Shown piece by piece: positions 41,164-50,570 of a stretch of DNA of 64,000 nucleotides. The notes below the pieces were generated by a model. That model saw only the letters and a list, made by a program, of their open reading frames with translations. It did not search any database and was not told the origin of the DNA. Position 1 is the stretch's first letter. The number at the start of each line of letters is the position of its first letter. The position numbers and the translations under genes were made by a program. Source of the stretch: an uncultured Acidobacteriota bacterium (GTDB taxonomy: Bacteria; Acidobacteriota; Thermoanaerobaculia; Gp7-AA8); contig CAWGHO010000001.1 of NCBI GenBank assembly GCA_963822445.1, forward strand, positions 64,001 through 128,000, in the 5' to 3' direction.

Positions 41164-42457
41164 TCGTGGCTCCCACTCCATTCATCGCGCGCTCGAATTC
41201 ATTGCGCGCCTGCCAGTATTCACGTTGCACGTCCGCCAGCTCCCGCCGCGCCACGGTCTCATCCTGTCGCGCGCGAAGCACGTCGTAGAGGCCGAGGAGC
41301 ATGGTGTTCTGTTCGAGCTTGGTCAGCTCGACGATGCGCGTGCGCCGCGGGACGATCACGTCGCGGTAGTACTCGACGCGTGCGCGGGCCGCGAGCAGCC
41401 GCTCGCGTGCGACGCGGACTTCCGAGGCGGCCTGGACGCCGAGCGCGGCGAGAGTCTGTTCGGCGCGTGTCAGTTCCGCCTGAGCGCGGGCACGCCGCGC
41501 CGTTCCACGATTGAAGATCGGGATGGGGACTTCGATGCCCGGGCCGGTGGTGATCTCCCCTTCCGGCTCGCGCTCGCGATGAACGTCGGCGACGATCTCG
41601 CCCATGCCTTCCAGGCGGGAGAGGCCGAGGAGTTGGCGCAGCGCGTCGAGCTCGCGCGTGGCGACGATCAGATCGAGCCGCCGCGTCGCGAGATCGAGCT
41701 CGGTCATCTCCGGCTCGCGATCGGGAAGCGGCGGAAAGTCGGCGGCGACTGTCCATTCGATCGACGCGTCGCGCAGTCCCATCGCGCGGAGCAGTGCTTC
41801 GCGCGCGACGAGCAGTTCCTCTTCGTCGCGGGACAGCGTGACCTTGGCCTGTTCGTACGCGGCCTGATGATGCTCGAGCTCGAGATCGGTGATGTTGCCG
41901 GCCATGTGTTGCCGCAACGCCAGCTCCGCCGCGGTTCGCGCTGCTTCAGTGGCGGTGCGGCTCGCGCCGAGTTTCTGCGTTGCCGCGAGCAGCGTGTAGT
42001 AGTCATCGCGAACGCCGGCGGCAAGTGCGAGGACTTCCGCGGCCACACGGCTCTTGGCCGCTTCGAACGCGGCGCGTCCTGCCGCACGACGACGCGGAAG
42101 CTGCACGAGATCGAGCAGCGATTGAGCGATCGTGATCTCGAACGGGTTGTACGGCCGCTTGGGAACGCGCCATTCGAACTCGAGGATGGGATTGCTGATG
42201 GTGGTCGCGTCGAGAAGGTCCGCGCGGGCGACGTCGAGCTCGGAGAGCACGACCTCGAGGCGGGGGTTGTTCGTCAACGCCACCGCTACTGCTTCATCGG
42301 CGGTGAGCTCACCGGCCAGAAGCTCGGTCACGCTTCCGCTGGCGAGCGTGAGATTGGTGCGCTCGCGAAAGGTCTGCTGCACCTCGGCCCGACCCGCGTC
42401 GCGGGGAACGCTCACGCAGCCAGTGAATGCGAGGATGAGGATCAGCCCGCGCTTCAC
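41087..42457 (-). CDS. TolC-family outer-membrane efflux lipoprotein (copper-associated)
   Basis: Lipobox AFTGC; ALTNNPRL, PIPIFNRG; overlaps the downstream start, so the end is uncertain. Confidence 0.8.
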   Translation of the reverse strand: MKRGLILILAFTGCVSVPRDAGRAEVQQTFRERTNLTLASGSVTELLAGELTADEAVAVALTNNPRLEVVLSELDVARADLLDATTISNPILEFEWRVPKRPYNPFEITIAQSLLDLVQLPRRRAAGRAAFEAAKSRVAAEVLALAAGVRDDYYTLLAATQKLGASRTATEAARTAAELALRQHMAGNITDLELEHHQAAYEQAKVTLSRDEEELLVAREALLRAMGLRDASIEWTVAADFPPLPDREPEMTELDLATRRLDLIVATRELDALRQLLGLSRLEGMGEIVADVHREREPEGEITTGPGIEVPIPIFNRGTARRARAQAELTRAEQTLAALGVQAASEVRVARERLLAARARVEYYRDVIVPRRTRIVELTKLEQNTMLLGLYDVLRARQDETVARRELADVQREYWQARNEFERAMNGVGATNDLETESTGRDSGRNRGIGRRNAEH

Positions 42458-42951
42458 TACTTCGAGCCCTTCCTGACCAGGGACATCCCGCATTTCGGGC
42501 AGGTGCCCGGTTTCGACGACGTGACCTCGGGGTGCATCGGGCAGGTGTAGACGACGCCAGCGGGGGCTTTCTTCGCGGCGGGCTTCTTCGCGGCCGGTTT
42601 CTTCGGCGAGGCTTTTGGTTTGGGTGCCGGTTCCGGATCGTGGTGGTGATGGATCGCGGCGGGGGCTGGCGCCGCCGGCGCCGGATGCACGTGCGTTTCG
42701 CCGGCGAACTTGGACGCGTCGGCCGCGGACGCGGCGACCACCACGTCGAACTCGTCCGCGGTCAGGGTCGAAGCCGGATTGACAGTGGCCATCTCGCCGG
42801 TCGAGCGCGGTCCGGCCTCGATCGGCAGCGAGACCGAAGCGGGCGGCGCCGCGGTTCCGATGCCCGTGACCGGACCCCACAGGCCGCCCGGCGGGATGAC
42901 GATCTGGGCCATCACCACGGCCGCTGCAAGTACCGTAACTCCCATCATCAC
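42457..42951 (-). CDS. Exported heavy-metal-binding domain protein
   Basis: HHHH; [22 protein letters not shown]. Confidence 0.75.
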   Translation of the reverse strand: MMMGVTVLAAAVVMAQIVIPPGGLWGPVTGIGTAAPPASVSLPIEAGPRSTGEMATVNPASTLTADEFDVVVAASAADASKFAGETHVHPAPAAPAPAAIHHHHDPEPAPKPKASPKKPAAKKPAAKKAPAGVVYTCPMHPEVTSSKPGTCPKCGMSLVRKGSK

Positions 42952-43007
42952 AACTCCTTCACCGCATGCAAGGTGACGGCCGCCGAGGCTGTGCTACCCT
43001 CCGCGCC

Positions 43008-43666
43008 GTGCAACTGTGGACGGCGTTTTTAGAGGCCGGGTGGGTGGGGAAAACCGTCCTGGCCATCCTCCTCATTTTCTCAGTCATCTCCTGGGCGGTC
43101 ATGATCGTGGTCTGGCAGCGCTTCCGGCGCTCGCAGCGCGCTTCCCGCCGGTTCGTCGTCGATTTTCCGCAAGGCCAAACGGCTCGCCGACGTGCAATCG
43201 GCCGTCGGTCCGCTCGCACATGCCGCGCTGGTCGGCCTGTTCCGCGCAGGATACGCGGAGATCGAGGCCCAGATCGCCCACCATGAGGGAAAACAGACGG
43301 TGAAGTCGGTGGAGAGCGTGGAGCGCTCGCTGATCCGGGCGACGCGCATCGAAGCCTGCGCGCCTCTCGCGATTCGTCCCGTTCCTGGCCACTACCGCCG
43401 CGGCCACGCCGTTCATCGGCCTCTTCGGCACGGTCTGGGGAATCATGGAAGCCTTCGGCACCATCGGCGCGACGGGGTCGACGTCCATCACCGCGGTCGC
43501 CCCGGGCATCAGCGAAGCGTTGATCAACACCGCCGCCGGCCTCTTCGCCGCCATTCCCGCGCTTCTTGCATACAACCACTTCGTCGGACGGCTCCGTTCG
43601 GCCAAGGGGGAGATGGAAGATTTCACGCTGGAGTTCCTGAATCTGACGGAACGCAACTTCACGTGA
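43008..43666 (+). CDS. tolQ: TolQ (MotA/TolQ/ExbB); two apparent frameshifts (~43165, ~43360)
   Basis: TM1 [23 protein letters not shown] and [16 protein letters not shown] lie in different frames; first gene of the tol operon. Confidence 0.85.
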
Positions 43667-43688
43667 GACTGGTGCGTCTAACAAAAGC

Positions 43689-44126
43689 ATGGCTTTGAGA
43701 CTGGGTGAGAGCGACGAGATGTCGGACTTGTCGGAGATCAACGTCACTCCGCTCGTCGACGTCATGCTGGTCCTGCTGATCATCTTCATGATCACGGCCC
43801 CGATGCTGCAGCAGGGGCTGGACGTGTCGCTTCCCGAGGCAGAGGGCAAGAGCTTCGAGCTCGCGTCGAACAATCCTTCGAAGATCACCATCAGCAGCGC
43901 GGGTGTGGTGTACGTCGACGGCACGTCCGTCGGCTCGCGGGACCTCGAGCTGACGCTGGGACCGATGCTGCGCTCGAAGCGGATCAAGCGTGCGCTGCTG
44001 GAGGCGGATGAGACCGTGCCGTACGGGAGGGTTGTGGCGGTGCTCGATGTGATGAACCGCGCGGGTGTGCAGCAGCTCGGCATGATCACCCAGCCGAAGG
44101 AGCGGAATGCAGGACCGCGTCGCTGA
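43689..44126 (+). CDS. tolR: TolR/ExbD
   Basis: EINVTPLVDVMLVLLIIFMITAP. Confidence 0.92.
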   Translation: MALRLGESDEMSDLSEINVTPLVDVMLVLLIIFMITAPMLQQGLDVSLPEAEGKSFELASNNPSKITISSAGVVYVDGTSVGSRDLELTLGPMLRSKRIKRALLEADETVPYGRVVAVLDVMNRAGVQQLGMITQPKERNAGPRR

Positions 44127-44844
44127 CGTCCTGGCCCAGCGCGCCGCGCTGGATCGTGGCGCCGGCGTAGGTGTGGCCCTCTCCGTCCTTCTGCACGGCG
44201 GCCTGGCCGCACTGGTGATCTACAGCGCGCTGCACGCATCGCCGCCGATACCGGCGACGATGGTCAACATCCAGTTCGCGAAGATGCCGGCGATGACGAA
44301 GGCCGAGGCTAAGCCGGTGGCGAAGCCGGCGCCGGCCGTCCCCAAGATCGAAGAGCCGAAGCCGGTCATCGCGGAGCCGAAACCGGAGCCCCCGGCGGCC
44401 ACGCCTCCGCCGAAACCAACGAAGAACACCGTGCCGCTCTCCCCTTTCGGCCAATCGACGAAAAAAGGCGCGGAAACTCCGGCCACCGTTCCCCCGCCTA
44501 CCGCCGACCGCCTACCGCCTACCGCCCCGGAAGTTCCGGTCGGCGGCTCCGGCATCACCGGCCTGGAAGGCGGCGACTTTCCGCACACCCTCTATCTGGC
44601 GGGCATGCAGCGGAAGATCGGCGGCAACTGGTTCCGTCCCGCGGTACCGGCGGGAACGCAGGTCGTCATCTATTACCGCATCCAGCGCGACGGCAAGGTC
44701 ACGGACGCGGTCATCGAGACGCCCAGCGGCAACAGCACCTTCGACCGCGCCGCGCTGAGCGCCGTCCGCAGCGCGAATCCACTCAATCCATTGCCTTTTG
44801 CCTACTCCGGCCAGTACCTGGGAGTGCACTTAACCTTCAGATGA
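44107..44844 (+). CDS. tolA: TolA/TonB-family protein
   Basis: TM helix with SxxLH, Pro/Lys-rich linker, SGNSTFDRAALSAV; operon position. Confidence 0.8.
   Translation: MQDRVADVLAQRAALDRGAGVGVALSVLLHGGLAALVIYSALHASPPIPATMVNIQFAKMPAMTKAEAKPVAKPAPAVPKIEEPKPVIAEPKPEPPAATPPPKPTKNTVPLSPFGQSTKKGAETPATVPPPTADRLPPTAPEVPVGGSGITGLEGGDFPHTLYLAGMQRKIGGNWFRPAVPAGTQVVIYYRIQRDGKVTDAVIETPSGNSTFDRAALSAVRSANPLNPLPFAYSGQYLGVHLTFR
44494..44526 (+). repeat. Heptamer tandem repeat inside the tolA linker
   Basis: CCGCCTA CCGCCGA CCGCCTA CCGCCTA CCGCC. Confidence 0.7.
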
Positions 44845-46118
44845 AAAGACTCCTTCTCGTCTCTCTGCTTGCCGTTCCCGCGTTCGCCCAGACCGACGTG
44901 AGCGGGGTCATGAACCCGGAGCTGGCCACGCAGGTCATCCGGATGGCGGTTCCCTTCCCCGAGCTGAATCCGCCCAATGCGCCGTCCCCTTCGCCTGTCG
45001 ATCCGGCCGAGGTGCGGACCGGGTTCTTCGGGCCGCTGACGCGGGACATCGCTTACTCCGGCATCTTCGCCATCGCGCCGCTGCCGCCTGGCGTGCCGGT
45101 CAACGGCGAGCTGCTCAAGCGCATCAACGCCCAGCATCATCTGAAGCTGAACGTCTGGAAGGAGAACGGCGAGTACGTCGTGGAGGCCCGCCTGTTCGAT
45201 GCCGCGGACACCAGACAACTCGAAAAGCGGTATCGCTCCCCCGCCGGCGCGCTGGGCCGCACCGCGCACATGCTCGCCAACGAGCTATTGCGCGCCGTCA
45301 GCGGCAGTCCCGGCGTCTTTCTCTCCCAGATCGCCTTTGCCTCGAATCGCACCGGCAACTGGGAGATCTGGCTGATGGACTGGGACGGCTCGAATCAGCG
45401 CCGCATCACCAATCACGGCGCGCTGTCGATCCTGCCGAGCTGGGCGCCGGACAACGAGCGGATGGTCTACACGTCCTTCGCCCGCGGCACGAGCGACATG
45501 TACATCATCAATCGCCGCGGCGGAAAGACGTTGCGGCTCAACTCCGGTCTGGCGCTCAACACCTCCGCAACCTTCTCGCCGGTCGGCAACGACATCGCCT
45601 TCGTCGGCTCGGTCCGCGGGAACCCGGACATCTATCTGATCAAGGACGACGGCTCGAACGTCCGCCGCCTGACGAACAGCGGCTCGATCGAGTCCACGCC
45701 GGAGTGGAGTCCGAACGGACGGCAGATTTCCTTCACCTCCGGCCGCGGCGGCACACCGCAGATTTACGTGATGGACGCGGAAGGCTCGAACGTGCGCCGC
45801 ATCTCCCACGACGGCAGCTGGAACGACGACGCGAACTGGTCGCCGGACGGCGAGAAGATCGCCTACACCTCGCGCGTCAACGGCCGCTTCCAGATCCGCA
45901 TCGCCAACCAGATCACCGGCGAGAACCGGATCGTGGCCGCCGGAGAAGGATCGAACGAACAGCCGACCTGGTCGCCGGACGGCAAGTGGATCGCCTTCCA
46001 GTCGAACCGCACCGGCAAGTGGCAGGTCTACCGGATGCGCGTCGACGGCAGCGATCTCCTGCAGCTGACCTTCGACGGAGAGAACAAGGAACCCGATTGG
46101 TCGAAGAAACCTGAGTGA
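44841..46118 (+). CDS. tolB: Tol-Pal beta-propeller protein TolB
   Basis: Signal peptide; PxWSPDG repeats; operon position. Confidence 0.92.
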   Translation: MKRLLLVSLLAVPAFAQTDVSGVMNPELATQVIRMAVPFPELNPPNAPSPSPVDPAEVRTGFFGPLTRDIAYSGIFAIAPLPPGVPVNGELLKRINAQHHLKLNVWKENGEYVVEARLFDAADTRQLEKRYRSPAGALGRTAHMLANELLRAVSGSPGVFLSQIAFASNRTGNWEIWLMDWDGSNQRRITNHGALSILPSWAPDNERMVYTSFARGTSDMYIINRRGGKTLRLNSGLALNTSATFSPVGNDIAFVGSVRGNPDIYLIKDDGSNVRRLTNSGSIESTPEWSPNGRQISFTSGRGGTPQIYVMDAEGSNVRRISHDGSWNDDANWSPDGEKIAYTSRVNGRFQIRIANQITGENRIVAAGEGSNEQPTWSPDGKWIAFQSNRTGKWQVYRMRVDGSDLLQLTFDGENKEPDWSKKPE

Positions 46119-46119
46119 G

Positions 46120-46197
46120 AGTCGTTAGTCGTTAGTGATTAGTCGTTAGTAGAACGCGTCCGGGCTACTAACCACTAACGACTAACCACTAACGACT
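46120..46197. repeat. Inverted heptamer microsatellite hairpin
   Basis: Four AGTCGTT-type units + AGTAG, a 12-nt loop, then CTACT + four AAC(C/G)ACT units. Confidence 0.9.
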
Positions 46198-46235
46198 ACG
46201 CACTGATAACATCGGAAAAAGGGAGTGGAACAGCA

Positions 46236-46829
46236 ATGAAAAAGACTTTTGTGGCGACCCTGGTGATCCTCCTGGTCGCGCTCGTGCCCGCATGCAAATC
46301 GCGCAAGACGCCGAAGCCGGTAGTGACCGCCACGGTCGCTGATACGGCACCGCCGGAGATCGCGCCGCCGCCCTTGCAGGACACGACCCCGCGCGTCGAT
46401 CCGCCGACCGATTTCGTCAACGACACCCCGGTGCGCGAAGAGATCATGCCCGCCGATGTCGAAATGGCGAATCGCATGGCTCAGGAGCGCGGCTACATCC
46501 GCGACGCCTTCTTCAACTACGACGAGTCGACGCTCGATGACGCCGCGCAGTCGGCGCTCAACGCGTCCGCGACGTGGCTCAAGAGCGCGCAGGGATCGGG
46601 CTACAAGCTCCTCGTCGAAGGTCATTGCGACGAGCGCGGCACCGAGCAGTACAACCTGGCCCTCGGCGATCGCCGGGCGAACATCGCCCGCGACTACCTG
46701 GTCACCCTCGGCGTCGACGCCAGCCGCATCCGCACGGTCAGCTACGGCGAAGAGCGCCCGTTCGAGGAAGGCCACGACGATTCGGCGTGGGCCCAGAACC
46801 GCCGGGCCCATCTCGTGCTCGTGAGATAG
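46236..46829 (+). CDS. pal: Peptidoglycan-associated lipoprotein
   Basis: Lipobox VPAC; EGHCDERGTEQYNLALGDRRA; NRR. Confidence 0.95.
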   Translation: MKKTFVATLVILLVALVPACKSRKTPKPVVTATVADTAPPEIAPPPLQDTTPRVDPPTDFVNDTPVREEIMPADVEMANRMAQERGYIRDAFFNYDESTLDDAAQSALNASATWLKSAQGSGYKLLVEGHCDERGTEQYNLALGDRRANIARDYLVTLGVDASRIRTVSYGEERPFEEGHDDSAWAQNRRAHLVLVR

Positions 46830-46831
46830 AA

Positions 46832-47683
46832 ATGCGAATCGCTTCCACCATCCTGATCGCAGCCGCGACGCTTCTCGCGTCCGGCTGCATCTCGACCTCG
46901 GACTTCGAGGCCGCTCAGCGGCAGATCGCGGAGCTGCAGGAAGAGCTGGCGTCGATCAAACGCACGGCCTCGAGCAAAGAGGAAGTGCAGAACGTCAACG
47001 TCCGCATCGCCGAGCAGACCGAGCAATTGCTGCGGTCGAACGCGCAGCTCATCGCGCGCGTGGCCTCGATCGAAAGTGAGATCCAGACCACCCAGGGCGG
47101 CATCGAGCAGTCGTCGCATCGCCTCGATCAGCTCACCCAGCAGCTCGGCAAGGCCCAGCGCGACCTCGACGACATGAAGTCGCTGATCGCGGCCATGCAG
47201 GCACAGCCGGCGACCCCGGCAACTGCCGATTCGGCCGCGTCCGCGCCTGCCCCGTCGGGAGGACAGGTCAATGTTCCCGCCCCGCCCGCCGCATCCGGCG
47301 ACCCGATGGAGATCTACCAGGCCGCCTACCGGGACTACCAGCGCGGCAACTTCGACCTGGCCATCGAAGGCTTCCGGGACTTCCTCAGCGTCAACAAAGT
47401 GGCCGATCTGTCCGACAACGCCGAGTACTGGATCGGCGAGAGCCTCTTTTCCCAGAAGAAATATCGCGAGGCCATCGAGCAGTTTGATGTCGTCGTCTCG
47501 AAGCATCCCCGATCCGACAAAGTTCCGGGCGCTCTCCTCAAAAAGGGTTTCTCGTACATCAGCCTCGGCGAACGGGCTCAGGGCGTCGTGCAGCTGCAGT
47601 ACGTCGTGCACGAGCATCCCCGGTCGCAGGAAGCAGCGCTGGCGCGGCAGCGGCTCAAAGCGCTCGGGATCGAAACAAGGTAG
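46832..47683 (+). CDS. cpoB: Tol-Pal protein CpoB/YbgF
   Basis: Lipobox LASGC, coiled coil, TPR (NAEYWIGES); follows pal. Confidence 0.88.
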   Translation: MRIASTILIAAATLLASGCISTSDFEAAQRQIAELQEELASIKRTASSKEEVQNVNVRIAEQTEQLLRSNAQLIARVASIESEIQTTQGGIEQSSHRLDQLTQQLGKAQRDLDDMKSLIAAMQAQPATPATADSAASAPAPSGGQVNVPAPPAASGDPMEIYQAAYRDYQRGNFDLAIEGFRDFLSVNKVADLSDNAEYWIGESLFSQKKYREAIEQFDVVVSKHPRSDKVPGALLKKGFSYISLGERAQGVVQLQYVVHEHPRSQEAALARQRLKALGIETR

Positions 47684-47730
47684 AATGCCGCGTTTTTCGT
47701 AGCACCCATCAATTTCAGTAGGAGCATTTC

Positions 47731-47997
47731 ATGGCGAATATTCGCTCGGCCGAGAAGCAGAGACGGCAGGCCGAAAAAAGTAAGGCGCGGAACCGCGCCG
47801 GCACGTCGAAGCTCAGGAGCGCGCTGAAGAAGGCTCGCACCGGGGTCACCGGCGGCGATGCCGACAAGGACACGCTCGCGGCAGGATTCTCGGCAGTGGA
47901 CAAGGCCGCCAAAAAGGGCCTGATCAAGAAGAACACCGCCAGCCGCTACAAGGCCCGCCTCGCGGCAGCCTCGAAGCGCGGCGCCGCCGAGAAGTAA
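47731..47997 (+). CDS. rpsT: 30S ribosomal protein S20
   Basis: MANIRSAEK...DKAAKKGLIKKNTASRYKARL. Confidence 0.97.
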   Translation: MANIRSAEKQRRQAEKSKARNRAGTSKLRSALKKARTGVTGGDADKDTLAAGFSAVDKAAKKGLIKKNTASRYKARLAAASKRGAAEK

Positions 47998-48053
47998 ACC
48001 CAGACGCATCGACGGTTTCCAGCGGCGCACCTGCGGGTGCGCCGTTTTCGTTC

Positions 48054-48308
48054 ATGAACATCGACGACGAGTTCTCGCTGACCCCCGAGGAAGAACGCCA
48101 GCTGATCGAGGCCCTGATGCAGCGCGCGGCCGAGGATGGAACGCTGGGCCGCGACGACCTGCAGTCGGTGACGCGCCACTTTCTCGAAGACGTGCTCCAG
48201 GGAGCGATGATCCCCGACGAGCTGCTCGACCAGGTCGTTGCCGCCTATCGCGCCCGCGGACGTCTGGCCATGAGCGAGGACGGCGGGCGTTACACGATCA
48301 CCCTCTGA
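48054..48308 (+). CDS. Hypothetical acidic protein
   Basis: Clean 84-aa ORF with host-like codon usage. Confidence 0.6.
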   Translation: MNIDDEFSLTPEEERQLIEALMQRAAEDGTLGRDDLQSVTRHFLEDVLQGAMIPDELLDQVVAAYRARGRLAMSEDGGRYTITL

Positions 48309-48342
48309 AAACAAAAAGGGCGAGGCACGCGGCCTCGCCCTT
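48308..48342 (-). terminator. Rho-independent terminator
   Basis: AAGGGCGAGGC/GCCTCGCCCTT stem with a T-run on the minus strand, between convergent genes. Confidence 0.75.
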
Positions 48343-48365
48343 CGAGTGTTGCCTGCGATTCGTGA

Positions 48366-49250
48366 TTACTTGCCGCTGTTGCGGTTGTTGCGCGGCTCTT
48401 CGACGCGCGCGAACGGATCGAACGGTGCCCAGAAGACGTCGGTCACGAGGAGGCCGTGCTCTTCGCCACCGTGGTTCGGGCTGATCTCGCGCTCGAAGCG
48501 AATGCCGCGGCCTTCGCTGTCCCACGCGACCGGGGTGCCCCAGCTCCACGGCTGGAGATAGTCGTCGCCGAGGCTCGGCAGGGTCTGGCCGCTGCGGCTG
48601 ATCGAGTCGGTCATGACGTCGTAGGTGGAGTACCAGCTGTTCGTCGGATCGGTGTGGTTGTAGATCGAGTCGAGCTGCGCGAAATCATGCGCATTCGGGG
48701 CGCGATTCGACTTCGCGCCGCCCGTGCCGCCGCCGTCCGGATAGGCGGTGTAGTCCATGCACGAGCCGAGGTTGGTGTTGTTGTTGTTCTCGTCCTGGTG
48801 GCCGAGGCCGAAGTCATGGCCGACTTCCTGGCACATGACCAGGTCGCGCCATCCCGGCGTGTTGTAGAACGACTGGGCATAGTACGTGTCGTTCATCTTC
48901 GCGGTGCCCTGGGCGATGTGGTTCGAGCCCTGGCCCGTCAGCCAGATCTGGGCGATTCCCAGCCAGCCGTTCTGACCATAGGCGCCGTTGCAGACTTCGA
49001 TGCGTCCGGCGGTCGGCGCGCAGCTCGAGTTCGTGCCGCCCGAAACCTTCGAGAGATTCAGCTTCGAGGAGTTGTTCCAGTCGTTGATCGCTTCGGTCAG
49101 GTAACCAGACCACGCCGAGGTGGTGTTGTCGCCGACCTTGATGTTCATCGGGAAACCGGTGCTGCTCCAGTGATACTTACGCCACGCATGCCTCGCGGAG
49201 GCCGGAACTGCAAGGGCCACAAGAACCAGGACGATGAGGAAACGACGCAT
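48366..49250 (-). CDS. Secreted metzincin-like protein with a QExxHxxGxxH motif
   Basis: Signal peptide; CQEVGHDFGLGH; SCMDY Met-turn. Confidence 0.75.
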   Translation of the reverse strand: MRRFLIVLVLVALAVPASARHAWRKYHWSSTGFPMNIKVGDNTTSAWSGYLTEAINDWNNSSKLNLSKVSGGTNSSCAPTAGRIEVCNGAYGQNGWLGIAQIWLTGQGSNHIAQGTAKMNDTYYAQSFYNTPGWRDLVMCQEVGHDFGLGHQDENNNNTNLGSCMDYTAYPDGGGTGGAKSNRAPNAHDFAQLDSIYNHTDPTNSWYSTYDVMTDSISRSGQTLPSLGDDYLQPWSWGTPVAWDSEGRGIRFEREISPNHGGEEHGLLVTDVFWAPFDPFARVEEPRNNRNSGK

Positions 49251-49540
49251 CGAATCTCCTTTTGACTACCGTCTGAGTTTCTTTTGGAGGGGCACCGACC
49301 CCTCCGATCCACTACTAGCTGACCGACCACTAAGGCAACGGCTCTGCCATTGGTGCCAAAAATGTCAACTCGTTGTAAGCAAAAAGCTTACGCTCATGAG
49401 TCAGCTTGCGCAAAGGGTCACATCCGATACCAATGGCGCAATTCCTGACCCGCCAAAGGGTACAAGTTAGGACCTTTTGCCGATTTGAGAGGTAGGGATA
49501 CTACTGTCGGTGTCACTCCCACGATGGAGGAGGATTTTCC

Positions 49541-49963
49541 ATGGCATGGCGCGTAGCGAAGAGTCTCGCCAGGTTGCGGGATCAGGTGAACAAGAAGTGG
49601 CCGAAGCGGCGGACCCAGAACGACGGCACGATCGGCGACGAGGCCCACCAGAGCAACACCTCAGATCACAACCCCTGGGTCAAGGACGGCAGCAAGGGCG
49701 TGGTCACCGCTCTCGACATCACCCACGATCCGGCGAACGGCTGCGACGCGGGCAAGATCGCCGAAGCCATCCGGAGCAGTGAAGATCCGCGCGTGAAGTA
49801 CATCATCTGGAACCGCCGCATCTGCAGCTTCCAGAAAGTCGGCACCGCGAAAGCGTGGACCTGGCGGAAGTACACCAAGAAGAACCCACACACCGAGCAC
49901 GTGCACATCTCGGTTCGGTCGATGAAGGAGCAGTACGACGCGACCGAGCCGTGGAAGCTGTAG
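49541..49963 (+). CDS. Putative zinc peptidoglycan peptidase (M15-like, lysin-type domain)
   Basis: GGAGG RBS; DGTIGDxAH, SDHNP, ALDI, YIIWNRRI, NPHTEHVHIS. Confidence 0.6.
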   Translation: MAWRVAKSLARLRDQVNKKWPKRRTQNDGTIGDEAHQSNTSDHNPWVKDGSKGVVTALDITHDPANGCDAGKIAEAIRSSEDPRVKYIIWNRRICSFQKVGTAKAWTWRKYTKKNPHTEHVHISVRSMKEQYDATEPWKL

Positions 49964-50059
49964 TTACGGGGTTACGGGGTTTCGGGGTTACGAGGAGGAA
50001 CCGGCCTCACTCCGAAATCTCATCACCCCGTAACCTCGTAACCCCGCGACCTCGTAACC
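49963..50059. repeat. Inverted octamer microsatellite hairpin
   Basis: Four GTTACGGG-type units, a ~30-nt spacer, then four CC(C/T)CGTAA-type units. Confidence 0.88.
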
Positions 50060-50060
50060 A

Positions 50061-50570
50061 TCAGAATCCTTCCAACAGATTCGTAACCAGCCCTTCCGCG
50101 AACCGGACGGCGATCTCCTGGATGGCGCGGGTCTCCTGGTCGAAGGCGTCGGTGTTGGCGACGTTCACTTCGTAGTTCTCTGTGAAGCGGTACTGGTCGT
50201 TCTTCCAGAGGACCTTGTCGTCGTTGCGGTGATCGAGGAGCTCGATCTTCGCGGTGATCGACACCTGGTAGCGCGTGGCGCGGCCCTGGTCGAAGGCGAT
50301 CGGGTAGATGCCGAAGCTGTCGATCGAGCCGCGGAGGATGACGTGGGCCTGCTTGGAGTCGGTGACGATCTGCAAGCGCCCGCGCGAGACGAACTCCTGG
50401 GCGACGGCCTGCGTCACGCGCTGCTCGAGCTCGACGCGCGTGGTGCGGTTCACGAACGCCGGCACTTCGATCGTGCGGATGGACGGATCGAGAAAGTTGC
50501 TGCGCCCGACCAGCGCGTAGCCGCACGACATCAGGAACAGCAGCGGAGCCAGGAAAAGGATGCGTTTCAT
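50061..50570 (-). CDS. lptE: LPS assembly lipoprotein LptE
   Basis: Lipobox LMSCGY; downstream of leuS. Confidence 0.8.
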   Translation of the reverse strand: MKRILFLAPLLFLMSCGYALVGRSNFLDPSIRTIEVPAFVNRTTRVELEQRVTQAVAQEFVSRGRLQIVTDSKQAHVILRGSIDSFGIYPIAFDQGRATRYQVSITAKIELLDHRNDDKVLWKNDQYRFTENYEVNVANTDAFDQETRAIQEIAVRFAEGLVTNLLEGF

